Positions 1-8,106 of a stretch of 32,000 nucleotides of DNA are shown piece by piece. A model generated the notes under the pieces. That model was not told the DNA's origin. It was given only the letters and a program-made list of their open reading frames with translations, and did not search any database. The stretch lies in the NCBI GenBank assembly GCA_001790095.1, contig MGBH01000001.1, positions 1-32,000 of the forward strand, given 5' to 3'. This stretch comes from Candidatus Saccharimonadota bacterium. Its GTDB lineage: Bacteria > Patescibacteriota > Microgenomatia > UBA1406 > GWC2-37-13. The position numbers and the translations under genes are program-made. How positions within the stretch are numbered: position 1 is the stretch's first letter; every line of letters begins with the position of its first letter.

Positions 1-36
1 GAAATTAAGTTGACAACCGTTGCTTATTACTCCATA

Positions 37-3000
37 ATGAAAAATATGGCGGGTTTCTTTGATTTTATAAAAAAACCACAAGATAATGCAAGTGCTCCTG
101 TAATGCAGGGCTCTTCCATGCCCCAATCTATGCCTCAAAATATTCCACCACCACAACCGCGTTCATATAATGGTATCGGAGCGCCGCCTGGCGGAGGCAC
201 TCCTTATAGTGGGATAGGTACTCCTCCTACTCCAACGCCAAAAGCTACATCTCCACAGTTGGATAATATACATAATATAATGGCATCTGTTAACTCACCC
301 GCGGGTCAAGTGCCGCCACCACCACCCACTCCACCTGTTGCAAAACCACTTACTTCAAATATAGATGGTCAAAAACGAGCAGAGCTTGATCTTATGACAC
401 ATCTGACACAAAGATCAAATCGTGTCTTTCTCTCAGCCCAGACAAAAGCAAAAGAGCTTGAGGACCAATTTATTGACAGTGAACACGTACTTCACGGGCT
501 TCTTGCAGATGGGGAGATATACAAACTATTGACTGAACTTAAGATACAGCCTCAGGCTGTTGAGCAAGAACTGGCACCACTTTATAAACGTGAAAACAAC
601 AAATTAACTCCTCCCCAGAACTCACCTCGTCTTAAACGGATTCTTGACAATTCTCTTGTGGTTGCGCGCAAACTTGGATTTGAGTTTATATCTCCCGAGC
701 ACCTTCTTCTTGCTCTTTTCGAAGAGGGTGAGGGGATTGGCGCCCGAGTGCTTTCCAAATTAGGCTTAAAAAAAGAAGATCTAAACAAGAAAATCGTTGG
801 AAAAAAAGAAGGGCTCATGGAAGATCAAAAAGAAGCTCAAAAGAAAAAAAGCAGTATCGATCAATACACTATTGACTTAACCGCAAAGGCGGCTCAAGGC
901 TTGCTTGATCCGGTGGTTGAACGATACGAGACCATAGAACGTGTCATTCATATCTTATCGCGCAGATCAAAAAATAATCCCGCCTTGGTTGGTGAGGCCG
1001 GAGTTGGAAAGACTGCAATCGTTGAAGGATTAGCAGAAAAAATAGTAGCAAAACAAGTACCCGAGTCACTTCTCAACAAACGTATTTTGTCCCTAGATCT
1101 TATGGCCGTACTTGCCGGAGCATCACACAGAGGTGAGTTTGAAGAACGCATGAAAGACTTGATCGATGAGGTAAAGGCGACCAAAGGTCAGATAATCTTA
1201 TTTATCGATGAGATACACAATATCATGGGTGCTGGAGGAGGAGAAGGTTCATCTGATGCTGCCAACTTTTTAAAGCCAGCCCTTTCAAGAGGAGAGATGC
1301 AGCTTATTGGTGCAACTACCTTAAGTGAATATCGCAAATATATTGAGAAGGATCCAGCCCTAGAAAGACGTTTTCAACCCATCGTAGTACCTGAACCGAC
1401 TGAGGAGCAGGCAATCAAGATGTTGAAGGCCACAAAGGGTAAATATGAAGCATTTCATCGTGTACAAATACCAGATAGTGCAATTGAAGCAGCTGTCAAA
1501 CTCTCGAAAAGATATGTCGGAGACAGATTCCTTCCAGATAAAGCAGTTGATCTTATCGATGAAGCAGGATCTGCCGTAAGACTTCCTCTTATCTCACTTC
1601 CTGAAGAGATTCGTTCGCTTGAGACGCGGATTGCCGAGTTAAAACAAAGCCTTCAGGAGGCAGAGAAATCAGCAGACCCGGTAAAAGCACGAATTCTTCG
1701 ATCAAAGATTGACGAGATCACATCTGAGCTTACGGAGAAAAAAGATGATTTTAATACAAAGAAAGCTCAAACGACAACGGCAATATCTGAGCAAGTGATA
1801 AAAGATATCGTAGCTCGTTGGACCGGTATCCCTGTGTCAAAGATCACAGGGACTGAGATGGAAAAACTTGCGCATCTTGAAGACATAATGCACAAACGCC
1901 TTATTGGACAAGAGGACGCGGTTGCATCAGTTGCACAGGCTGTTCGAAGAGGAAGAGCAGGTCTTAAGTCAGCTGCTCGTCCCATCGGTAGTTTTGTATT
2001 TTTAGGTCCAACAGGTACTGGTAAGACAGAACTTGCAAAGACGTTGGCAGATATTCTTTTCGGTCAAGAGGAGGCGATGATCCGCTTTGACATGACCGAA
2101 TATATGGAAAAACATGAGGTTGCAAAGCTGCTTGGAGCTCCTCCAGGTTATGTTGGGTATGAAGAGGGAGGGAAGCTTACTGAGGCAGTACGACGCAAAC
2201 CCTATTCAGTAGTACTTTTTGATGAGGTTGAAAAAGCGCATCCTGATATATTTAACATTCTTCTCCAGATACTTGATGATGGCCGTCTTACTGACAACAA
2301 AGGCCATACAGTCTCTTTTAAAAATGCCGTTGTCATCTGCACTTCAAATATCGGTTCAAAAGTCATCCAAGAAGAACTGATGAAAGGTGGGAAAGAACAG
2401 GTAGAGGAACCAAATGTACTTTCTACCTATACTTTTTCACCAAGAGGTCGTGAGATTTTGACGATAGGAAGCAAAGTGTTTGAAAAAGAAGGAGAGGCAG
2501 GTACATGGGCAGAAAAAATGCTCCTTGATTACTTTGCCGGTCAAGAAGTCACTTCTCAGCCGAAAGAAGGAGAAGACCAAAGCAAACAAGAAAAGGCAGA
2601 GTTTCCTATCCATGGATTTGACACACAGGCGATGGCAGGAAACGGAGTTGAGATGCTCACCAAAGCAGGCAATGTTTTTTATCGAAGTTCAACAACAGCT
2701 AAAAAGTGGGACAAATCAACACTTATTGAGTATTTCAAAAATGGTATTGTCATCAATGCTCTTCCTGATGCCCCTGATGAACAACTTCCGACAGCCAGTT
2801 TGAAAACCCATGCGTTTTCTCCTGATGAACAAGAATTAGTTACCTTTAAAGACCGTTTTTGGAGACGTAAAATGAATAGTAATGATTGGCAGACAGGATT
2901 TTTAAAAGATTATTTTACCGATCAGACTATAGAAAAGGGCAATTTCCCAACGACCTATTGGGATATCCATACTTTTTCCCCATCAGGCAAGGAGATCGTG

Positions 3001-3768
3001 GTCGTAGGAGAGGTAGTATGGTTTAAAAACCAAGGAGAAACAAAATGGACTATGCAACGGGTAGATGAGTACTTTGGGAAAGATTTCCCCCTTCAAAAAC
3101 AGGTTGAGGAAAAACTGAAGATTGACGATGAGATCGAAAAGAAAAAATTTGGTCTTCTCAAAGAAAAAGTCATGACAGAGCTTCATAAATTCTTTAGACC
3201 TGAGCTTATCAATCGTTTTGATGAGGTCATCATATTTGAACCGCTGCGTTTCATACATATGAAACGCATCGTTGAGATCCAGCTAAAAGGAGTAAGAAAG
3301 GCGATGGAAGATCAGGATATGGGTTTCTCATGTACTGATGTAGCTGTTAAAGAGATCGTCCGCAATGGATTTGATCCGGTATTTGGAGCACGCCCCCTAA
3401 GACGAGCGATTCAAAAATTAGTAGAAAACCCCATATCAGGGCTTATCATTGAAAAAAAAGTAGTAGCGGGTAATCAAGTACTTGTTGATTTTGACGGACA
3501 GAACTTCGTATTTAATGTAGAAAGAACAGAGCTCGTATCCAAAGATAAACTAAAAGAAGGTAAGATGAAAAAATATCTTTGTGAGATGTGTGCCAACCGG
3601 TTTGAAACAGAGAGTGCCCCCAACTCAACTCCTATCTGTTCAAAATGTGCCTCATCCAAAGTGCAGGAAGTGTTTGAGAATCCTGCACCTGAGGAAAAGC
3701 CGCCAGCTCTACAGGAGTCTCTTCCTCCTCAAACTAAAGAACAAGGTAATAGTGCAGCTGGTGTATAA
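37..3768 (+). CDS. clpC: ClpC/ClpB-family class I AAA+ unfoldase with Pro-rich N-terminal extension, large repeat insertion in D2 and C-terminal zinc ribbon
   Basis: Two Clp_N repeats ([28 protein letters not shown]). D1 has Walker A GEAGVGKT and Walker [10 protein letters not shown] short ~60-aa coiled M-region is ClpC-like. D2 has Walker A GPTGTGKT, Walker [12 protein letters not shown], sensor-1 [19 protein letters not shown] and sensor-2 GARPLRR. The ORF opens with TTG at 10; the first ATGs are at 37 and 46; an ATG at 394 would give a canonical-length N-terminus. The start is therefore uncertain, but the stop is firm. Confidence 0.85.
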   Translation: MKNMAGFFDFIKKPQDNASAPVMQGSSMPQSMPQNIPPPQPRSYNGIGAPPGGGTPYSGIGTPPTPTPKATSPQLDNIHNIMASVNSPAGQVPPPPPTPPVAKPLTSNIDGQKRAELDLMTHLTQRSNRVFLSAQTKAKELEDQFIDSEHVLHGLLADGEIYKLLTELKIQPQAVEQELAPLYKRENNKLTPPQNSPRLKRILDNSLVVARKLGFEFISPEHLLLALFEEGEGIGARVLSKLGLKKEDLNKKIVGKKEGLMEDQKEAQKKKSSIDQYTIDLTAKAAQGLLDPVVERYETIERVIHILSRRSKNNPALVGEAGVGKTAIVEGLAEKIVAKQVPESLLNKRILSLDLMAVLAGASHRGEFEERMKDLIDEVKATKGQIILFIDEIHNIMGAGGGEGSSDAANFLKPALSRGEMQLIGATTLSEYRKYIEKDPALERRFQPIVVPEPTEEQAIKMLKATKGKYEAFHRVQIPDSAIEAAVKLSKRYVGDRFLPDKAVDLIDEAGSAVRLPLISLPEEIRSLETRIAELKQSLQEAEKSADPVKARILRSKIDEITSELTEKKDDFNTKKAQTTTAISEQVIKDIVARWTGIPVSKITGTEMEKLAHLEDIMHKRLIGQEDAVASVAQAVRRGRAGLKSAARPIGSFVFLGPTGTGKTELAKTLADILFGQEEAMIRFDMTEYMEKHEVAKLLGAPPGYVGYEEGGKLTEAVRRKPYSVVLFDEVEKAHPDIFNILLQILDDGRLTDNKGHTVSFKNAVVICTSNIGSKVIQEELMKGGKEQVEEPNVLSTYTFSPRGREILTIGSKVFEKEGEAGTWAEKMLLDYFAGQEVTSQPKEGEDQSKQEKAEFPIHGFDTQAMAGNGVEMLTKAGNVFYRSSTTAKKWDKSTLIEYFKNGIVINALPDAPDEQLPTASLKTHAFSPDEQELVTFKDRFWRRKMNSNDWQTGFLKDYFTDQTIEKGNFPTTYWDIHTFSPSGKEIVVVGEVVWFKNQGETKWTMQRVDEYFGKDFPLQKQVEEKLKIDDEIEKKKFGLLKEKVMTELHKFFRPELINRFDEVIIFEPLRFIHMKRIVEIQLKGVRKAMEDQDMGFSCTDVAVKEIVRNGFDPVFGARPLRRAIQKLVENPISGLIIEKKVVAGNQVLVDFDGQNFVFNVERTELVSKDKLKEGKMKKYLCEMCANRFETESAPNSTPICSKCASSKVQEVFENPAPEEKPPALQESLPPQTKEQGNSAAGV

Positions 3769-3776
3769 TAATAGAC

Positions 3777-3959
3777 ATGGATACTCACTTTACTCCCCTT
3801 GACGTTACGAAACTGGAGAAAAAAATTAAACAAGAACCAAAACACGAAGGGTTTGATGATATCTTTAACACTATTCTTCTCCTGCTTGCTACTCTTACGG
3901 TTTTCACTGCTGCAATTGTTTTTTTCCTTTTGATTCAAAAACAAATACATGGATCTTAA
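3777..3959 (+). CDS. small single-pass membrane protein, hypothetical
   Basis: 60-aa ORF that starts 8 nt after the clpC stop. Its stop overlaps the next start (ATG 3949). It has a charged N-terminal half followed by one hydrophobic helix (ILLLLATLTVFTAAIVFFLLI). No homology recognised. Confidence 0.45.
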   Translation: MDTHFTPLDVTKLEKKIKQEPKHEGFDDIFNTILLLLATLTVFTAAIVFFLLIQKQIHGS

Positions 3960-4632
3960 TGCTTTCGTTTTGGTTCTTGCAGTATTTATCTTTCAGATGA
4001 TTGTCCTTTATTTTGTTTCCCACACAATGATCAATGAATTATATTATCTTTTATATGGTATTTTTAAAAAAAAGGAGACAGCCTTTTCCATCATTGCCTT
4101 TCTTCTTCTTCCAGGTACTATAGTGCATGAGATGTCACATTTTCTGATGGCGACCATACTTTTTCTTCCGGTTAGAGAGATACGAATCTTTCCTGAATGG
4201 AGGCAAAACAATGTAAGGCTTGGAATGGTCTCATATCAAAAAGCAGACATAATACGATCAGTTATCATCGGAATAGCTCCTTTTTTCGGAGCAATCGGAT
4301 TTTTCATACTGATTGAAGCTTTTGGTCTGTTTCCAACGAACCATTTTGTACTCAATATTTGTATGGGATATCTCATATGCATGATCTCGGCAAATATGTT
4401 TTCTTCCAAACAAGATCTGGTAGATCTTATCTATCTTGTTCCAATCATCATCGTTTTTCTGACACTCTACTATTTGCTGAACATAAAGATTATGGTCACT
4501 GTCCCATCCGAATTTATACAAAAGGGAACGGTCATATTGAAGTCAATCAATTTTTATATTACTATTGCATTAGCAGTACATTTAGGTGTAATCATATTAT
4601 TTAAAAGTTTTAGATCACTTTTTCAAAGATGA
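3949..4632 (+). CDS. polytopic membrane protein with HExxH motif (putative membrane-embedded zinc metallopeptidase)
   Basis: 227 aa with several hydrophobic helices. An HExxH motif (VHEMSHFLMA) sits at a helix edge, as in DUF3267/M50-like membrane zincins. Family assignment is by eye only. Confidence 0.6.
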   Translation: MDLNAFVLVLAVFIFQMIVLYFVSHTMINELYYLLYGIFKKKETAFSIIAFLLLPGTIVHEMSHFLMATILFLPVREIRIFPEWRQNNVRLGMVSYQKADIIRSVIIGIAPFFGAIGFFILIEAFGLFPTNHFVLNICMGYLICMISANMFSSKQDLVDLIYLVPIIIVFLTLYYLLNIKIMVTVPSEFIQKGTVILKSINFYITIALAVHLGVIILFKSFRSLFQR

Positions 4633-4946
4633 AATCGCAGTTATTAGCTCAAACGGTAAATGTAGGAGGAACGAGTATAAGAGGGCCTTTACAGGGTATA
4701 AACAACATTGGAGATATTATAAACAAGCTTCTTCCCTTTATTATGACGTTTGCCGGTGTCATATTATTTTTTATCCTTATATGGGGCGGATACGACTTTA
4801 TGATGTCTCAAGGGTCGGCTGAAAAGATGAAATCAGGGAAAGCAAAGATTACGGCAGGGATCGTTGGATTTTTTCTTCTCGTTGCATCATATTTAATAAC
4901 AAGACTTATCAGTGGTATATTTAATATAGGGCAGGGAATCCTTTAA
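4629..4946 (+). CDS. small two-helix membrane protein, TrbC/VirB2-like (T4SS-pilin-like)
   Basis: 105 aa with an ATGA start/stop overlap with the upstream gene. Two hydrophobic helices (LLPFIMTFAGVILFFILIWGG and ITAGIVGFFLLVASYLI) are separated by a polar loop (SQGSAEKMKSGKAK). This layout matches the T4SS-pilin-type small proteins common in CPR genomes. No obvious N-terminal signal peptide. Confidence 0.5.
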   Translation: MKSQLLAQTVNVGGTSIRGPLQGINNIGDIINKLLPFIMTFAGVILFFILIWGGYDFMMSQGSAEKMKSGKAKITAGIVGFFLLVASYLITRLISGIFNIGQGIL

Positions 4947-4965
4947 GTGATTCATATTTGGTCCA

Positions 4966-4994
4966 TTGAATTATAGCCCTATATCATGTATAAT
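4966..4994 (+). promoter_or_regulatory. sigma70-type promoter candidate
   Basis: TTGAAT (4966-4971), 17-nt spacer, TATAAT (4989-4994). Predicted transcription start is near 5001. Confidence 0.5.
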
Positions 4995-5056
4995 AGAAAA
5001 TACATATTACGTATGTTTACCAAGAATTTAATTATTAAGTAACAAGTCACAGCGCC

Positions 5057-5081
5057 CCCCGCGATAAGCGGGGATTTTTTT
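5057..5081 (+). terminator. intrinsic terminator hairpin plus T-tract
   Basis: CCCCGC (5057-5062) pairs with GCGGGG (5068-5073) around a GATAA loop, followed by A and T7 (5075-5081). It lies 110 nt after the stop at 4946 and 16 nt before the ATG at 5097. Confidence 0.65.
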
Positions 5082-5096
5082 ACCCTTGTTTTATAT

Positions 5097-6419
5097 ATGT
5101 ATAAAGAACCGCCTATAGTTATCTCCATCGGAGGAAGCTTGATTGTTCCAGGAGATAGAATAAACACAGACTTCATTAAAAAACTAAACGTTTTTATCCG
5201 TGAAGAGGTGGAAAAAGGCAAACGTTTTTTCCTGGTCGCAGGAGGCGGAAAGTTCTCACGCACCTATAGAGACGCAGGAAAAACTGTTGTTGGGACGATG
5301 ACCAATGAAGATCTTGACTGGTTAGGTATACACGTGACTCGGCTGAATGCACATCTGCTTCGTACCGTATTTCAAGATATTGCTCATCCTGCCATAATTA
5401 AAGACTACGATAGGCGTATCCGAGACTGGAAAGAGCCTGTGGTCATCGCTTCAGGTTGGAAACCAGGCTGGTCAACAGATTATTGTATGGTAAAGATTGC
5501 ACAGATTTATCAAGCACAGATCATGATAAATCTTTCAAACATTGACTGGATCTACGACAAAGATCCCAATAAGTATAAAGACGCAAAGATCATTAAGAAG
5601 CTTACGTGGGAAGAGTGTGAAGATTTGGTTGGTGATAAATGGGCTCCGGGTATGAATACACCCTTTGATCCCGTTGCAACGAAGCTTGCCAAAGAGCTAC
5701 GTTTGACTGCTATAGTGGCTAACGGAAAGGATTTCGATAACCTTAAAAATATTATTGAGGGCAATGAATTTACAGGAACGGTCATCATGCCTTATGAGAT
5801 AGATGCTGGGTTTTATGATCGTGAATACTATCATGGGGCAAAAAGCGGGTATGTATTTCATGCCAGGGAATCTTATGTGGGGCGAATATTTCAAAATATT
5901 ACTGCTATCTATAGAGCACTTCTCATAATGTTATTCTTACGTCCAAAAAACTGCTTAGATGTAGGGTGTGGAACAGGACGTCTGATCAGAGTATTGAGAT
6001 TTTTCGGTGTTGAGGCATGGGGAGTTGAGATATCAAAGGCAGTCCTTGAGCTTATTCAACCCTCAGTCTCTTCATATGTAAAGGAGGGGAGTCTGACAGA
6101 TCTACCTTTTGACGATAACAAATTTGATTTGGTGGTGACATATGATGTCCTTGAACACGTTGAACGCTCAAAGATACATCAAGCGGTGAAAGAAAGTATA
6201 CGGGTATCAAGCAAATACGTACTACATAAGATCTATACAGTGGAAAACAGCTGGATAAGAATGATCCATAAACGTGATTTCTCACGTATCTCTGTCTTTG
6301 CCAGAAGATACTGGCATGTGGTCTTTTCTTCTTTCAAAGACGTTTCGATACTGCGGGGTTCATTTTTTAAACTGCCCTCCTTTTTTGAAACCATATTTCT
6401 ACTCAAAAAGAAAAACTAA
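5097..6419 (+). CDS. pyrH: fusion of archaeal-type UMP kinase (amino-acid kinase fold) with a class I SAM-dependent methyltransferase
   Basis: The N-terminal ~235 aa carries PIVISIGGSLIVP, FFLVAGGG and VIASGWKPGWSTD, resembling archaeal-type uridylate kinase. The C-terminal ~190 aa carries motif I LDVGCGTGRLIRVL, then GVEIS and FDLVVTYDVLEHV, typical of Methyltransf_11/23-type enzymes. It is a single uninterrupted frame. Confidence 0.75.
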   Translation: MYKEPPIVISIGGSLIVPGDRINTDFIKKLNVFIREEVEKGKRFFLVAGGGKFSRTYRDAGKTVVGTMTNEDLDWLGIHVTRLNAHLLRTVFQDIAHPAIIKDYDRRIRDWKEPVVIASGWKPGWSTDYCMVKIAQIYQAQIMINLSNIDWIYDKDPNKYKDAKIIKKLTWEECEDLVGDKWAPGMNTPFDPVATKLAKELRLTAIVANGKDFDNLKNIIEGNEFTGTVIMPYEIDAGFYDREYYHGAKSGYVFHARESYVGRIFQNITAIYRALLIMLFLRPKNCLDVGCGTGRLIRVLRFFGVEAWGVEISKAVLELIQPSVSSYVKEGSLTDLPFDDNKFDLVVTYDVLEHVERSKIHQAVKESIRVSSKYVLHKIYTVENSWIRMIHKRDFSRISVFARRYWHVVFSSFKDVSILRGSFFKLPSFFETIFLLKKKN

Positions 6420-6441
6420 CCCTCGTATAATAAGTACTATT

Positions 6442-7476
6442 ATGTTATTACAAAAGTTAGTGCTTCAGAATTTTCGCAATAGAGATGATGATACGTTTGA
6501 TTTTAGTCCGCATCTGACTATCTTTTTGGGAGAAAATGCACGCGGCAAGACCAATCTGCTTGAAGCCATATATTTTTTGATAAACGGATCCGGATTTAGG
6601 GAAAGTCGGGAAGAAGAACTGCTTTGTATTGGGAAAAATCAAGCAAACGTGGAAGGAAGATTTATTATGGGGAACGGAAAGCGAGATTTTAAGATACATA
6701 TCACAAAACGGGATGGGATCGTTGAAAAAATATACTTCTTAGAACGTACCCGCAAGAAACATGCTCAGTATATGATGGATCAAACCAAAGCGATTCTGTT
6801 TGCGCCTGAGCATATCGAGATCATCAATAGTTCACCCGACATAAGACGCGCCTATTTTAATAAATTTATATCTTATTACGATGGAGAGTACAAAAAAAAA
6901 GTGGTAAATCTTGAAAATGCACTCCGTCGCCGCAACAAGATATTGGAACGTGTCAAGGATGATATCCAACTAAAAGAAGAGCTGTCTTTTTGGAACGATT
7001 ATATCCTGCAGCAGGCGACTTATATCACAAAAAAAAGAGGCGAATATGTAGAGTATTTAAACGATCATCCCAAGCTTGATCACAAAGAGTTTAGGATAGT
7101 TTACCTCAAAAATGAAGTTACATTGGAGCGGTTTAGGGAGGTGCTTGAGGAAGAGAGACGTTGGCATCGCACCATGATAGGACCACAAAAGGATGATTTT
7201 CAGATCTATATCAAAGATAAAAACGTCCATCATTATGGCTCACGTAGCGAACAGCGTTTGGCTGTATTTTGGCTTAAGATAAATGAGATCACCTATCATG
7301 AATCGATATACAAAAAGAAACCGATTTTGTTATTGGACGATGTATTTTCCGAATTTGACAAACAGAATAAAAAGATGGTTTTGGAGCTTATAGAAAAATA
7401 CCAGACAGTCTTGACCACAACTGAGGAAGAAGTGATAGATCTGATCGATGTGCCAAAAAAGATTATCAGGGTATAA
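6442..7476 (+). CDS. recF: DNA replication/repair protein RecF
   Basis: N-terminus MLLQKLVLQNFRN, Walker A GENARGKTN, signature SRSEQRLAVFWLK, Walker B ILLLDDVFSEFD. The ORF-track start at 6274 (GTG) overlaps the upstream gene. ATG 6442 matches the conserved RecF N-terminus. Confidence 0.85.
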   Translation: MLLQKLVLQNFRNRDDDTFDFSPHLTIFLGENARGKTNLLEAIYFLINGSGFRESREEELLCIGKNQANVEGRFIMGNGKRDFKIHITKRDGIVEKIYFLERTRKKHAQYMMDQTKAILFAPEHIEIINSSPDIRRAYFNKFISYYDGEYKKKVVNLENALRRRNKILERVKDDIQLKEELSFWNDYILQQATYITKKRGEYVEYLNDHPKLDHKEFRIVYLKNEVTLERFREVLEEERRWHRTMIGPQKDDFQIYIKDKNVHHYGSRSEQRLAVFWLKINEITYHESIYKKKPILLLDDVFSEFDKQNKKMVLELIEKYQTVLTTTEEEVIDLIDVPKKIIRV

Positions 7477-7490
7477 TATGAGTTGTGTCA

Positions 7491-7575
7491 GGAGGGTGGG
7501 CAGGACGGTAATGCGCGGGTTTCGAAAACCCGTGGGAGCAATCCCTAACAGGTTCGACTCCTGTATCCTCCGCCA
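7491..7575 (+). tRNA. tRNA-Ser (anticodon CGA), class II with long variable arm, CCA encoded
   Basis: Hand-folded. Acceptor GGAGGGT/ATCCTCC (one G-T pair). D-stem GCA/TGC with a GG-containing D loop. Anticodon stem CGGGT/ACCCG with loop TTCGAAA (CGA at 7523-7525). Variable arm GGGA-GCAA-TCCC. T-arm ACAGG-TTCGACT-CCTGT. Discriminator G followed by CCA. Position 8 is G rather than the usual U. Confidence 0.85.
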
Positions 7576-7581
7576 CGTAAT

Positions 7582-7651
7582 AAATTTTGCAAGCAAAATT
7601 TAAACGTGGCTGAGACGTTGAAATTTTATGAAATAAAATTTCTTACGTCTC
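7582..7651 (+). other. two stem-loops downstream of tRNA-Ser (possible terminators or regulatory structure)
   Basis: Hairpin 1, 7582-7601: AAATTTTGC-AA-GCAAAATTT. Hairpin 2, 7612-7651: GAGACGT..ACGTCTC enclosing GAAATTTTAT-GAA-ATAAAATTTC. Part of hairpin 2 (7616-7625) can alternatively pair with 7662-7671. Confidence 0.35.
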
Positions 7652-7696
7652 GCCTTCTAGCAATTTCAACGCCATTTGTTCCCATATAATTACATT

Positions 7697-8095
7697 ATGA
7701 AAACCTATGCTTTTAGGTTAAAACCAAATCAAGATCTGCGCAAAGAAATAGATAGATTTGTTAAAGAGAAACATATACGGGCAGGTATCATCCTAACCTG
7801 TGTTGGTAATTTGAAAAAGGTAGTCATCAGGATGGCGGAAGCTAAGGTTATTAATAAATACATGGGAAGTTATGAGATTGTATCTTTGGTGGGTACTTTA
7901 GAATCAGGTAATAGTCATATCCACATATCACTTTCAGACAGTAAGGGAAAGCTAATCGGCGGTCATTTAAAAGAAGGCTCTATAGTTGGAATCACTGCAG
8001 AGATAGTGATTGGAGAGCTAGAACATAGGGAGTTCTCTAGAAAATTTGATAAAGAGACAGGATATGATGAGTTAGTAGTTAAAGATTTTAATTAG
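7697..8095 (+). CDS. PPC (DUF296) domain protein
   Basis: 132 aa. MKTYAFRLKPNQDL...IRAGIILTCVGNL...YEIVSLVGTL...HIHISLSD..GKLIGGHL matches the PPC/DUF296 beta-sandwich pattern as I remember it. ATG 7697 is preferred over the upstream TTG at 7676. Confidence 0.6.
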   Translation: MKTYAFRLKPNQDLRKEIDRFVKEKHIRAGIILTCVGNLKKVVIRMAEAKVINKYMGSYEIVSLVGTLESGNSHIHISLSDSKGKLIGGHLKEGSIVGITAEIVIGELEHREFSRKFDKETGYDELVVKDFN

Positions 8096-8106
8096 TTTAA
8101 ACGTAT

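Noticed and set aside
582-3802. Seven short ORFs within the clpC span: antisense 582-818, 948-1184, 1767-1985, 2983-3258 and 3474-3659; same-strand alternative frames 2480-2803 and 3581-3802
   Set aside because: All are embedded in (3581-3802 runs just past the stop of) a long ORF with unambiguous AAA+ motifs. Their sequences are low-complexity or Arg/Ser-rich, as is typical of shadow frames, and none has a recognisable motif.
6274-6441. N-terminal extension of recF from GTG 6274
   Set aside because: It overlaps the 3' end of the pyrH-methyltransferase gene by 146 nt. The translated extension is hydrophobic junk. The conserved RecF N-terminus (MLLQKLVLQNFRN) starts at ATG 6442.
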